Below are positions 24,401-36,400 of a stretch of DNA of 64,000 nucleotides, piece after piece. The stretch lies in assembly GCA_907165135.1 (NCBI GenBank), contig OU015568.1:7192001-7256000 (forward strand), in the 5' to 3' direction. Both the position numbers and the translations under genes were made by a program. Position 1 is the stretch's first letter. Each line of letters starts with the position of its first letter. Source of the DNA: Oikopleura dioica. Lineage: Eukaryota > Animalia > Chordata. A model generated the notes under the pieces. It did not search any database and was not told the DNA's origin. It saw nothing but the letters and a program-made list of their open reading frames with translations.

Positions 24401-27400
24401 AAGTCAAGACTCAGGATCTTTACACTCCTCCTCTTCTTACTCCAGACCAGCATCTCTTCAAGGAAGTCCGCGTCGCTGCTGGCACTGAACTTCGACTTCA
24501 CATTGGCGTGAGCGGCAAGCCCGAGCCAAGCATGGACTGGGAAGTTAACGAAAAAGACATCGTTTCTGAGCCAGATCGAATTATTGAGCGAAACGCAACT
24601 GGAACTACCATTGTCATCAAGGACACTTCTCGACTTCACACTGGTCGATACCGATTCAGCGCTCGAAATGCGCTCGGTGAACGACATCACGATTTCCGAG
24701 TTCACATTATGGATCGACCCGACAAGCCAACTGGTCCAATTAAATTCTTGAAGATTTCGGCTTCCAAGATTCAGTTCCGATGGGCTGGACCAAAGAATGA
24801 CGGCGGTGCTCGACTTATGGGTTACGCTGTCTTCAAGCGAGAAACTACTCGAGTTTGCTGGACTCCACTTACTCAGTGCTCTGAGACTCTTACTTGGACT
24901 GCTGACAAGCTTCTCCCTGGAAATGAGTACCAGTTCCGAGTTCAGGCCGTGAACAAGTTTGGCGTCGGTGAAGGACTTGATTCAATTCCATGCGTTGCCG
25001 AGAACAAATTTACTGTTCCAATGAAGCCCGGCCGACCTGGCATTCAAAATGTCACTGCAACCTCGTGCTCTCTTGCTTGGGCGCGACCAGAATATGATGG
25101 AGGATCTGAAATCTCCGGCTACTGGGTTGAGAAGAAGGATTACCGATCCACTCACTGGTTCAAGTGCCACAAGCGAATCTGCCGAGATATGCGATTTGCT
25201 GTCAAGAACTTGATCAAGGGCAAACAATACGAGTTCCGAGTCCTTGCTGAAAACGCTGCCGGTTTCTCTGAGTATTCTGCTCTTTCTGAAATCATCACCG
25301 CCGTTGATGCCGTCAACCCACCAGGACCAGTCATGAACCCCAAGGTTCGAGACACTACTGCTTCTACCATCACTGTTGGCTGGAACAAGCCAAACTACGA
25401 TTCTGGATCAGAAATCACCGGATACGTTGTTGAAGCGCTCGAAGAATGCACTGACGATTGGGTTGTCATTGCCGAAACCGCCGAAACCAAGGCTAAATTC
25501 GAGGTCAAGCGAGACACTGCTTACATGATCCGAGTTTACGCTGAAAACGACGGTGGTCTCTCCAAGCCCGTTCAGCTTCCCAACATTGTTCGACCAATGG
25601 AAAAGCTTGAGAAGCCAGAATACGATCTTGACGCTGCTCTCCGAAAGACTGTCATTGTCAAGGCTGGCTCTCACGTTGGACTCAACATTCCAATCAAGGG
25701 CCGACCATTGCCCAACGTGCGATGGGAATACAATGGCGTTGACGCTAACGCTTACGATCGATGCCTCGTTGAGGTCGTTGAGGGCGAGATGAACAGCTAC
25801 ACCAAGCTCACAATCTCCGATGTTAACCGAGACGATACTGGCAAGTGGCACCTTCACCTTGAAAATGCTGCTGGCAAGGCCGCTACTTTCGTCAATCTCA
25901 AGGTTCTTGACACTCCCGGCCCCATCGGAAACCTCCAGGTCCGACGAGTCACCAAGGAGAACTGCATGATCTCTTGGGACATTCCAAAGAACGAGGGTGG
26001 CACCGAAGTCATCTCATACACTCTTGAGAAGCGAGAATCTACTCACCGAGCCTTTACTACTGTCATTGCTGACTGCCTCGACTTGAACTACAATTACAAG
26101 AATCTCCGAACTGGATCGTCTTACTACTTCCGAGTTTCTGCCAACAACGCTGAAGGTATCGGTATTTCTACTGATACTGAGCTTGTCACAATTACTGAAA
26201 CTCCCGGCGCTGTTCGAAACCTTCAGGTTGTCGACACTACCGACAGCGCAATCAAGGTCCGATGGGAGCGCCCAGAAGACGATGGCGGTACCCCAGTCAT
26301 GAGCTACAAGGTCAGCTACGCCGAGATCGTCGCTGGTAAAGAAACTTACTACGACTTTGATGTTCGACATGCTGAGGCTGAGATCAAGGATCTCGACAAG
26401 GGTCGACCATATGAAATCCTCGTCTGGGCTCGAAACGAAGCCGGTCTCGGTCTCCGAGAAAGATCGGTCCAGTTGTCTGCCAGGAACTTCTTATTCCACC
26501 AGCACTTGATCTTTCTGCTATCATTGGCCGACAGGTCAACTGCCGAGTCGGTGCTCAGATTCGACTTGACTTGCCAGTCACTGGTAAACCCAGACCAACC
26601 ATGGCGTGGACCAAGGACCGAATCCCCATCAAGCGCGATGACGGAATCAACATCGAATATGGCAAGGACCAGGTTACCCTTATGTGGGGCGAAGTAACCA
26701 AAGCACACGCTGGTCAGTACTACTGCAAGCTTGACTCAAAGGCTGGCATGGTTGAATCTTCCTTCATTTTGAACGTCTTTGGTGTTCCTGGCAAGGTTCA
26801 CGGTCCAATTGAATTCATCGACGTTGATGCTACTGAGGTTCATCTTGATTGGGAAATCCCAGAAGATACTGGTGGATCCGAAATCACTGGCTACGTCATT
26901 GAGCAGAAGATCTCTACCATGGACAAGTTCAAGATGGTTACTGCTTCTTGCTCTCGATCTCAGTTCCGAGTCAAGAAACTCGAAGAAAAGCAGGAATACG
27001 TTTTCCGAATCGCCGCCGAGAACAAGTACGGTGTTGGTCCATGGCTCGAATCCGTTCCAGTCACTCCACGATCGAAGTACCGACGACCCACTCCACCAAG
27101 CACTCCCGAGTTCTACGATGTTGCTGCTACTACCATGACTATGATCTGGAATGCACCTCAGTCTAACGGTGGAACTGAACTCCTTGGCTACTACCTTGAG
27201 AAGCGAGAACGAAACGCGATTCTCTGGACTAAGGTTAACACTCGACCAATCAAGGATCCTGAACACAAGGTCACCGGTCTTCTTGAAGGTCTTGAGTACC
27301 AGTTCCGAGTCTACGCCGAGAACAAGGTCGGCTTCTCTGCTGTCTCCGATCCATCCAAATTCCAGCGAGCCTTTGATCAGGTTTCTGAGCCTCAGGATCT

Positions 27401-30400
27401 CGAAGTTGTCGACATCAACCGAGACTCGGTCTCTCTTCGATGGAAGGAACCAAAATTCAACGGCGGTGCCAACATTACCTCCTACAACGTTGAGAAGCGA
27501 TCTGGTCTTGACAACCGATGGTACAGAGCTAACTTCGCCTCTATCACCGAGTGCGAATACACTGTTACTGCTCTTACTCCTGGAGAAGAGTACGAGTTCC
27601 GAATCACTGCTCGAAACGCTCTTGGAACCATGTCTCGACCATCTCAGCCAACTAACAAGGTTGTTCCCCACGATGAATTCATCCAGCCTCAGATTCTCTT
27701 CGATCGAGAACTTTTGGATGGTGTTTTCACTCGATCAGGCAAGACCATTGTTCTCAAGGCTCAGGTTGTTGGTAAGCCTACTCCACGAGTCTGGTGGACT
27801 AGAGACGATGCCGAGCTCATTCCTTCGCCCAACATGGATATTGAATCCGACAACAAGGGTAACCATACCTTGACCATCAAGGAAGCTCGACGACAGGACA
27901 GCGGCAAATATGAGCTCTTCGCCAAGAATCCTTGCGCTCTTCGATCTTATGATATCGATGTCCGAGTTCAGGATCGACCTGGTGCACCAAAGGGCCCCAT
28001 TAAATTCACTTCCGTCTCTGGCGAAAAGATGACTCTCTGGTGGGAAATGCCACAGGATGATGGAGGAGCAGCAGTTGAGAAGTTCCTTGTTGAACGACGT
28101 GAGACTTCTCGAACTACCTGGAACATCGTTGATGCCAATGTTAGCTGCTGCAATTTGACCGTCATTCGATTGCTCAAGAACCACGAATATCAGTTCCGAG
28201 TCTTCGGTATCAACAAGTTTGGCATTGGTACTCCACTTCACTCCGATCCAATCATCGCCCGCTACCAGTTCAACGTTCCTGGCAAATCTGGTGCTCCTAC
28301 TCGAGCTAACTCGTCTAAGGACTCAATCACCATTATGTGGGCTCGACCTCAGTCTGATGGTGGCAATGACATCAAGGGTTACCACGTTGAACGACGAGAA
28401 AAGCGATCTCTCCGATGGGTCCGATGCTCTAAAGACCTTGTTTCTGAGCTCAGATACAAAATCACCAACCTCACTGAAGGTAACTGGTATGAGTTCCGAG
28501 TTACTGCTGAAAACAACGCTGGTCCTGGTGAGTCTTCTGATGCCGGTCCATTGATCGAGTGCCGAGAGCCAGTCAACACTCCTGGCGTTCCTGGCGTTGT
28601 CCGAGTCATCGATACTACTCGAACAACCGTCGCTATTGCCTGGTCCCCACCAACTTTCGATGGCGGTTCTGCTGTTACTGGATACAATGTCTACACCAAG
28701 CAGCTCCAGCCACCATCAATTGACAAGGAGCAGCAGGCTGAGGCTGAAGAAGCAGAAGAAGAAGTTGAATTTGCCCGAATGAACATTGAAGCCGTCAAGG
28801 CTTGCAACTGGATCATTCCTGGTCTCACTCCTGGTCAGGAGTACCTTGTCCGTGTTGCTGCTGTCAACGTCGCTGGCGAAGGCCACCATGTCCAAATGAC
28901 CGGCCGCGTTACTGCTGTTGATCGACTAGAGAAGCCCGATTTCGTCATTGGCGCCGACTTCAGATCCAACTACATCGTTCGAGCTGGCAAGCCTCTTCAT
29001 GTTTCTCTCCAGTACTACGGTCGACCTCTTCCTACAGTCACTTGGTCCAAGCCTAACTGTGATCTTGAAGACCGAGCTGAGATCCGAACTACTGACTGGA
29101 ACTCTGAATTGACTATTCCATCAACTGAGCGAAACGACTCTGGAAAATACACCATCACTCTCGAATCTGGTGCTGGTATGAAGGAGCTCAACTTGAACAT
29201 CAAGATTCTCGACACCCCAGGCGCTTGCTCAGAGATTCAGGTGACCAAGGTCACTCGAGAATCCTGCTCTCTTCAGTGGCTTCCACCAACCATCGACGGC
29301 GGTGCTTTCGTCAAGTCTTATGTTGTCCAGAAGCGAGAAGTTTCTCGACGATCTTGGCAGACTGTTACTAGAAACTGCCAGCGACCTGCTTACACCGTCA
29401 GTGACCTCGAGCCAGGAAGCAACTGGTGCTTCCGAGTTCTCGCCGAAAACGAATTCGGTATTGGTGAGCCACACGAGCTTTCTCGATCTGTCATTATGAC
29501 CGAACTTCCATCTTCTCCAGACAAAGCGTCTGTTACCAACGTCACTTCCAGCTCTATCAGCATTCGATGGACTGCTCCAATGTCCAACGGAGGTTCTCGA
29601 ATCTCTTATTACCTCATCGAATCGCACAAGAAGGGTGAAAAGAAGCCTGACGGCCTTGACTTCTGGGTTGAAGTCGCCAAGGTCCGAGGATCCATCTACG
29701 AGTACACTGTCTCTGGTCTCACTAAGGGCTGCGAGTACCTTGTTCGAGTTCGAGCTATCAACGAATCTGGTGTTGGTCCAGAGCGAGACGCTTTCCCATC
29801 GGTTGTCTGTGAAGATGAAGCCATTGCTCCCGAAGCTGATCTCAAGCGACTGTACAACAAGACTCTCACAATCCGAGCTGAACAGAACGCAATCATCGAA
29901 ATTCCATTCATTGGCTCTCCTAAGCCAAAGATCACCTTCTTCAAGGGCGAGAATAAGGAGCGAAAGCTCTTCTCTGAAGGCAAATATCTTATTACTATCA
30001 CTGATAAGGTTGCTACTCTTCGAATCAGCTCTACTGAGAAGAAGGATTCTGACACTTATTACATCCGACTTGAAAATTGCAATGGAATCGTTGAGAACAA
30101 GTTCTACGTTAACATCTTCGACGTTCCTGGACCAGTTTCTGGACCAATCACTTTCACTGATGTCTCTGCTGATGGTATGACCGTCAACTGGGGACTTCCT
30201 GAAGAGAAGGGCGGTGCTGAAATCAACGGTTACTCGATTGAATACCGCGAGTACGGCCGAACTACTTGGACTCAACTTACAAGCTGCACAACCCGAAGCT
30301 ACTTCAAGGTCCGAAAGCTTGTCCGATACACTGAGTACCAGTTCCGAGTTCGAGCTGAAAACCGATTCGGCTTTGGTGACGCTATTGTTTCTGATCCATG

Positions 30401-33400
30401 CCGAGCCGAATACGCATTCGTTGCTCCTCACAACCCATCTACTCCTGAGGTCCTCCAGATCACCAAGGATTCCGTCAAGATCGAGTGGAACCAGCCGGTC
30501 AACGATGGCGGAAAGAAAATCACTGGCTACTGGGTTGAAAAGAAAGAAATCAACTCTATCGTCTGGCAGAAGGAAAACACCCAGTCTTCCATCAAGGCAA
30601 CTGAAGCTTGGTGCCACAACCTTATCGAAGGTCTTGAGTACCAGTTCCGAGTTCGAGCTGAAAACGATGCCGGTATTGGTCGACCATCTGAGCCTTCTCG
30701 CGCATGCACTGTTCGAGCTGAAGTTAGCGCTCCTAACAATCTCAGCATTGTTGACATGATGAGCAACTCTGTTATCCTTGCTTGGCAACCACCAACTATG
30801 GATGGCGGCTCAAAGATCTCCCAGTACGTTGTTGAGCGACGACATATTCCAGATGGCCGATGGCTCCGATGTAACTACAACAACATCACCACCTGCGAGT
30901 ACACCGTTTCTGGTCTTACTCCTTCTGATACTTACGTCTTCCGAGTTATTGCGAAGAACACAATGGGCACTGTTGGCCATCCAACTGAGCCAACTGAGCC
31001 TGTCAAGTGCGAAGAAAAGATGGAACCACCAACCATTCAGCTCGATGCTGCTCTTCTCACTGATTGCTTCACCGTCCGAGCTGGCAACAACGTCAGCCTC
31101 GAATGCCAAGTCCTTGGTCGACCACGACCAAAGGTCTTCTGGTACAGAAACGGCCAAGAAATCGAAGCTGGTGACCGAGCTGTTATGGAACGAGATCACA
31201 AGAACGCTACTCTCAATATCAAGGACTGCTCCAAGGAAGACACCGCCAAGTACGAGATCGTTTGCCGAAACCAGTGCGGCGAAGTCCGAGAATATGTCAA
31301 TCTCAAGTGCCTCGATCGACCAGACAAGCCAAAGGGCCCAATCAACTTCAGCCGAGTTATGGGTACCAAGTTCGTCATCAACTGGGGTCTCCCTGCCAAC
31401 GATGGTGGCTCCAAGGTCACTCACTACATCGTCGAGCGACGTGAAACTTCTCGAATCAGCTGGGTTCCTACCGATGATCACTGCGAGCTCATGACTACTA
31501 CAGTTAAGAAGCTCATCAAGGGCTCAGAGTACATTGTCCGAGTCTTTGCTGTCAACGAGTACGGCATCTCTCCACCATTGGAGTCTTCTCCAATTGTTAC
31601 CAAGGATACTTTCACTGTTCCTGGTATGCCTGGAAAGCCTGCTGTTCTCACCACGACGAAGGATTCCGTCACTATTCAGTGGACTCGACCAGAAGAAGAT
31701 GGTGGATCTGATATCTTCAACTACGCTGTCGAGCGACGAGAAAAGGGTGGACAAAAGTGGATTCGAGTGAACAAGCGAGTTCAGATTACTGAACTTCACT
31801 ATCGAGTCACTGGTCTCTCAAAGGGATCTGAGCACCAGTTCCGAATTTCCGCTGAAAACTCTGCCGGTCTTTCATACTTCTCTGATGAGTCTCAGTTCGC
31901 CAAGGTTTTGGACCCAACTTTCTCTCCAGCTGCTCCATCCAACCCACGAGTCGTCGATATGACCAAGACCTCTCTTATGTGCCGATGGAACACTCCACTT
32001 TACGATGGCGGAAGCCCGATCCTTGGCTACGTCGTTGAAGTTGCTCAGATGCCTGATAAAGAGAAGGCTATCATTGCTGAAGGCGATGACCGACTTCCTG
32101 ATGAGTCTGAGGATGAAGTCGAACTCGAATGGGACCGAACTCACATTTCCAAGTACATTGTTGGAAATTCCCATAACATCACTGGTCTTGAAGCAAATAA
32201 GGAACATCAAATCCGAGTTTTTGCTGTCAACGCTGTTGGTGTCTCCGACAAGTTTGCTCAGCTCAGCTCTCCAATCCGATGCCGAGATATCATCGAAGCG
32301 CCCGAGTTCGAAGTTGATGCTTCTATTCAGAAGAACATGCTCATCCGAGCTGGTCGACCAATCGTCCTCAAGGTTCTTGCCAAGGGCCGACCTACTCCAT
32401 TTATGATGTGGAAGAAGGAACCTGCTGGTGAGAACTTGGCCACTCGAGCTTACATCGACTGCAACGATGGAAAGGCTTACCTTGAAATCGAACGAGCTGA
32501 TCGATACGATTCTGGTCGATACACTGTCATTGCTGAGAATCCTGCTGCTACTCGTGAGTACAACATCAACGTCAAGGTCCAAGATACTCCTGGTCCAGTT
32601 GGACCACTTGTGATTAAGGATGTGAACCGAGACTCCTGCGTTATCAGCTGGGAACCTCCACAGCTTGATGGATGCTCAAAGATCCGAAACTACATCATCG
32701 AAAAGCGAGAAGCTGGCCGAAGATCCTGGCAAACTGCTATTTCTAAGTGCGAGCGACTTTATGCCCGAGTTACTGGCCTTGAAGAGGGAACTCTTTACCA
32801 GTTCCGAGTTGTTGCTGTCAACGAATTCGGCAATGGCGAAGGACGAGAATCCGAAGAAACTGTTCTTGCTGCTGAAGTGCCAACTCCACCAATGAACATC
32901 CAGGTTGTCCAAGTCACCGACGATTCCATTTCTCTCAAATGGCAAGCTCCAGAGCAATCTGGTGGATCTCGAGTCAAGGGTTACGTTGTTGAAGCCCAAG
33001 AAAAGGGAACTGAGCGACGTGAATACTCTGTCATGTGCAAGACAAAGCACTGCAAGGGACAAGTTGTCGGTCTCAACACTGGCAGCGACTACTACTTCCG
33101 AGTTCGAGCTCTTAACGACTGCGGCTTCTCTGATCCTCGAGACCTTGTCTCCTCTGTTTGCATCAAGGAACCACGAGAAGAACCATCCGTCGATCTTTCT
33201 GAATGCCCACAGAAGATTCTCCACGTTGTCCAGGGCCGACCAATTGAGATCGCTATTCCAATCTTCGGTAAACCTTTGCCAAAGATCACCTGGATGAACG
33301 AGATGGACCAGAAGATCATGGAAATCGCCGACAAGCGACTCGTGCAGAACACCAAGACTCATGCTGTTCTTGAGATCCGAGATTCTAACTATGGCGATGT

Positions 33401-36400
33401 CGGTGTTTACAAGCTTTTACTCGAAAACGAGTCTGGAACTTGCACTACCAAGCTTCAGCTTCTTGTTCTTGCTCCACCAACTGAGCCAACTGACCTTGTT
33501 GTTTCCGATGTTGAAGCCACTTCTTGCGTCCTCACTTGGCAACTGCCCGCTTACGATGGTGGCGCTGCCCTTAGCAACTATGTTGTCGAGCGACGAGAAG
33601 TTCACCGGCCAATTTGGGGACTTGTTTCTGGCACTCAGACCCGAAATACCATCAAGGTCAACAACTTGACTGAAAACACTGAATACATGTTCCGAGTTTG
33701 CGCTCAGAACAGATTCGGCGTTGGCAAGGGTGTCATGTCGGAGGAAGTTCTTATCAAATCTCGATTCCAGCTACCTGGTCCACCATCTACTCCAGAAGTT
33801 TTGTCTGTCAACAAGGACTCCATCACTCTTACCTGGAACCAGCCCATCAATGACGGTGGAACTGACATCATCGGTTACATTGTTGAACGAAAGCAAGCTC
33901 AGGGACAGCGATGGATCCGAGCTACTCCTCAGATGATCCAGGCCACCAAGTTTGTCTCCACCAACTTGATCGAAGGTATGGAATACTTCCACCGAGTCCG
34001 AGCCGTCAACAGCAAGGGCGAATCTAAGCCTGGTAAGCAGACCGATGCTATCAAGTGCCAGGATCCAATCAGCCCACCTGGACCTTGCCTCGACTTCTCT
34101 GTCACTGACATGACCTCCACTTCTTGCAGCTTTGCCTGGGTTGAACCATCCTTCCACGGCGGTGCCAAGGTCACTGGATACTTCATCGAATTCCGAACTG
34201 GTGATGATTGGTGGCGAAAGGTCAACAGCCGACCTATTCGAATCTGCGAATATGTTTGCATGAACTTGCCAGAAGGTGATGAGTTCCGTGCTCGAATCGT
34301 TCCAGTCAACGCTGGCGGTGAAGGTGAACCTCTTGAGATTGAAGTTCCAATCAAGATCATGGATCTTACTGGTCCACCAATCATTCTCAACCACGACCAC
34401 TTCGACGAGACCTATGTCACCAAGAAGGGCGGTATGATCTCCCTCTGCGTCTGGTTCAAGTCTAAGCCTCTTCCTAACATTCAATGGAGCAAGGAAGGAT
34501 GCAAGGATATTGAGAAGCGAGCTATGATTGCTAAGCACAGCGATCATACTGAACTCGTTATCCGAGACGTTGAACGACTTGCTGACAGTGGCACTTACAA
34601 GTGTACTCTTTCCAACAACTACGGCGAAGACGATGTTGTCATCCCAGTCAATGTTATTGGCCGACCCGATGCTCCTGAAGGTCCACTCCAGTTTGGTGAC
34701 AAGACTCAGAACTCTGTCAAGCTTATCTGGAAGCCAACTCTCAACGATGGAGGAAGCCCAATCAGCAACTACGTCATCGAATACAGATGCATTGGTCGAC
34801 AGCGAACTATCACTTGTGATAAGAAGCTCCGATCAACCAGCCACACCGTCACTGGTCTCCAAGAAGGAGTTGAATATTCCTTCAAGGTCTACGCCGAGAA
34901 CTTTTTCGGACTTTCTCTTCCTCTTGAATCTGAAGACCCAGTTATTCCAAAGAATCCTCTCTTCCCACCAACTGAGCCTCATCATATTGAAATTAATGAG
35001 GTTACTCGACACTCTATTGGTCTTAGCTGGGCTAAGTCAATGGACGACGGTGGAAGCCGAATCCTTGGTTATCACGTTGAGCGACGAGAAGCTGGATCCG
35101 ATCACTGGTTCAGATGCAACAAGGTGCACACTCCAAACCTCAACTTTGTCGTCAGCGGTTTGGTTGAGAATGCCAGCTACCAGTTCAGAATCTGCGCTGT
35201 CAACGCCGTCGGCGAGTCTGACGTTTCTGAGCCAACCGAAGAGATCTGCTGCAAGCTTCCATTCGAAGTTCCTTCTTCTCCTGAAGAGATTGAAGTCCAG
35301 CACCGAACTAAGGACTCCATCACTATCGCCTTCAACAAGCCCGAAAGTGATGGTGGCAAGCCAATTGAAGGATACACTGTTGAGTACCGAATGTATGGCT
35401 ACCACACCTGGAAACAGACTTGCGAAGAGCCTCAGCCCGACAAGATCGTCCAAGTTGGCGGTCTTGATGAAGGTACTGACTACGAATTCCGAGTCTGCGC
35501 TGTCAACTCTGTCGGCAAATCTCGACCAAAGATCATGGAGGGTATTGCCTCGACTAAGAAGGCTGTTGGTGATCCTCCAGAAGTCCTTGAAGCAATGGCT
35601 GACCAGGCTGTTGTCTTTGGCAACGATGCTGTCTTCGAGTGCAAGATTTCCGCAAAGCCTGCTGCTGACATTGAATGGTACAAGTTCAATGAAAAGCTTG
35701 CTTCCGGCAAGAAGTACAAGTTCGATACTGATGGCGAGAAACAGATTATGATCGTCAAGAACGCCCAGTACGAGGATGAAGGAAACTTCTACTGCGCCGC
35801 TCGAAACCAGTTTGGCCGAGAAGAAATCTGCGCCAAACTTTCTGTCGAGTCTGAGCCAAAGATCGATCCTACCTACAAGTTCCGAGAGAACGTTCAGTTC
35901 CGACAGGGTACATCAATCAACATTACTCTTCCATATGTTGGTCGACCTGAACCTCAGGTTCTCTGGATGCGAAATGGTGAGCGATTCAACTTCAAGAACA
36001 TGGCTGTTGAGTCCACTGACAAGTACACTTACTTGTTGATCCCCGACTGTGATCGACAGGCTCATCAGGGACGATACACTGTTGAGCTCAGCAACAAGCA
36101 CGGCAAGAACAAATACGCTGTCAATGTTGAAATCCAGAAGGGCCCAACTGCACCCAAGAAGCTCGAATTTGTTTCTTCCAATTACACCACTATCAAGGTT
36201 GGTTGGGAAGCTCCCGCTGACAATGGTGGAAGCGCCATTACCAACTACATCCTTGAGAAGAAGGACATCACTGCCGCTAAGGCCGAAGCTGAAGCTAAGA
36301 AACCTGAACCAGTTGCGGCTCCAGAGCCAGTTGAAGGCGAAGAAGCTGCTGAGCCAGTCGAACCAGCCAAGCCAGCTGAACCACAGGGAGTCTGGCAGCT

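Noticed and set aside
26449-26465. Programmed -1 ribosomal frameshifting in titin
   Set aside because: No slippery heptamer or obvious stimulatory structure, and a second homopolymer indel exists in the RTK. Kept only as a low-interest finding.
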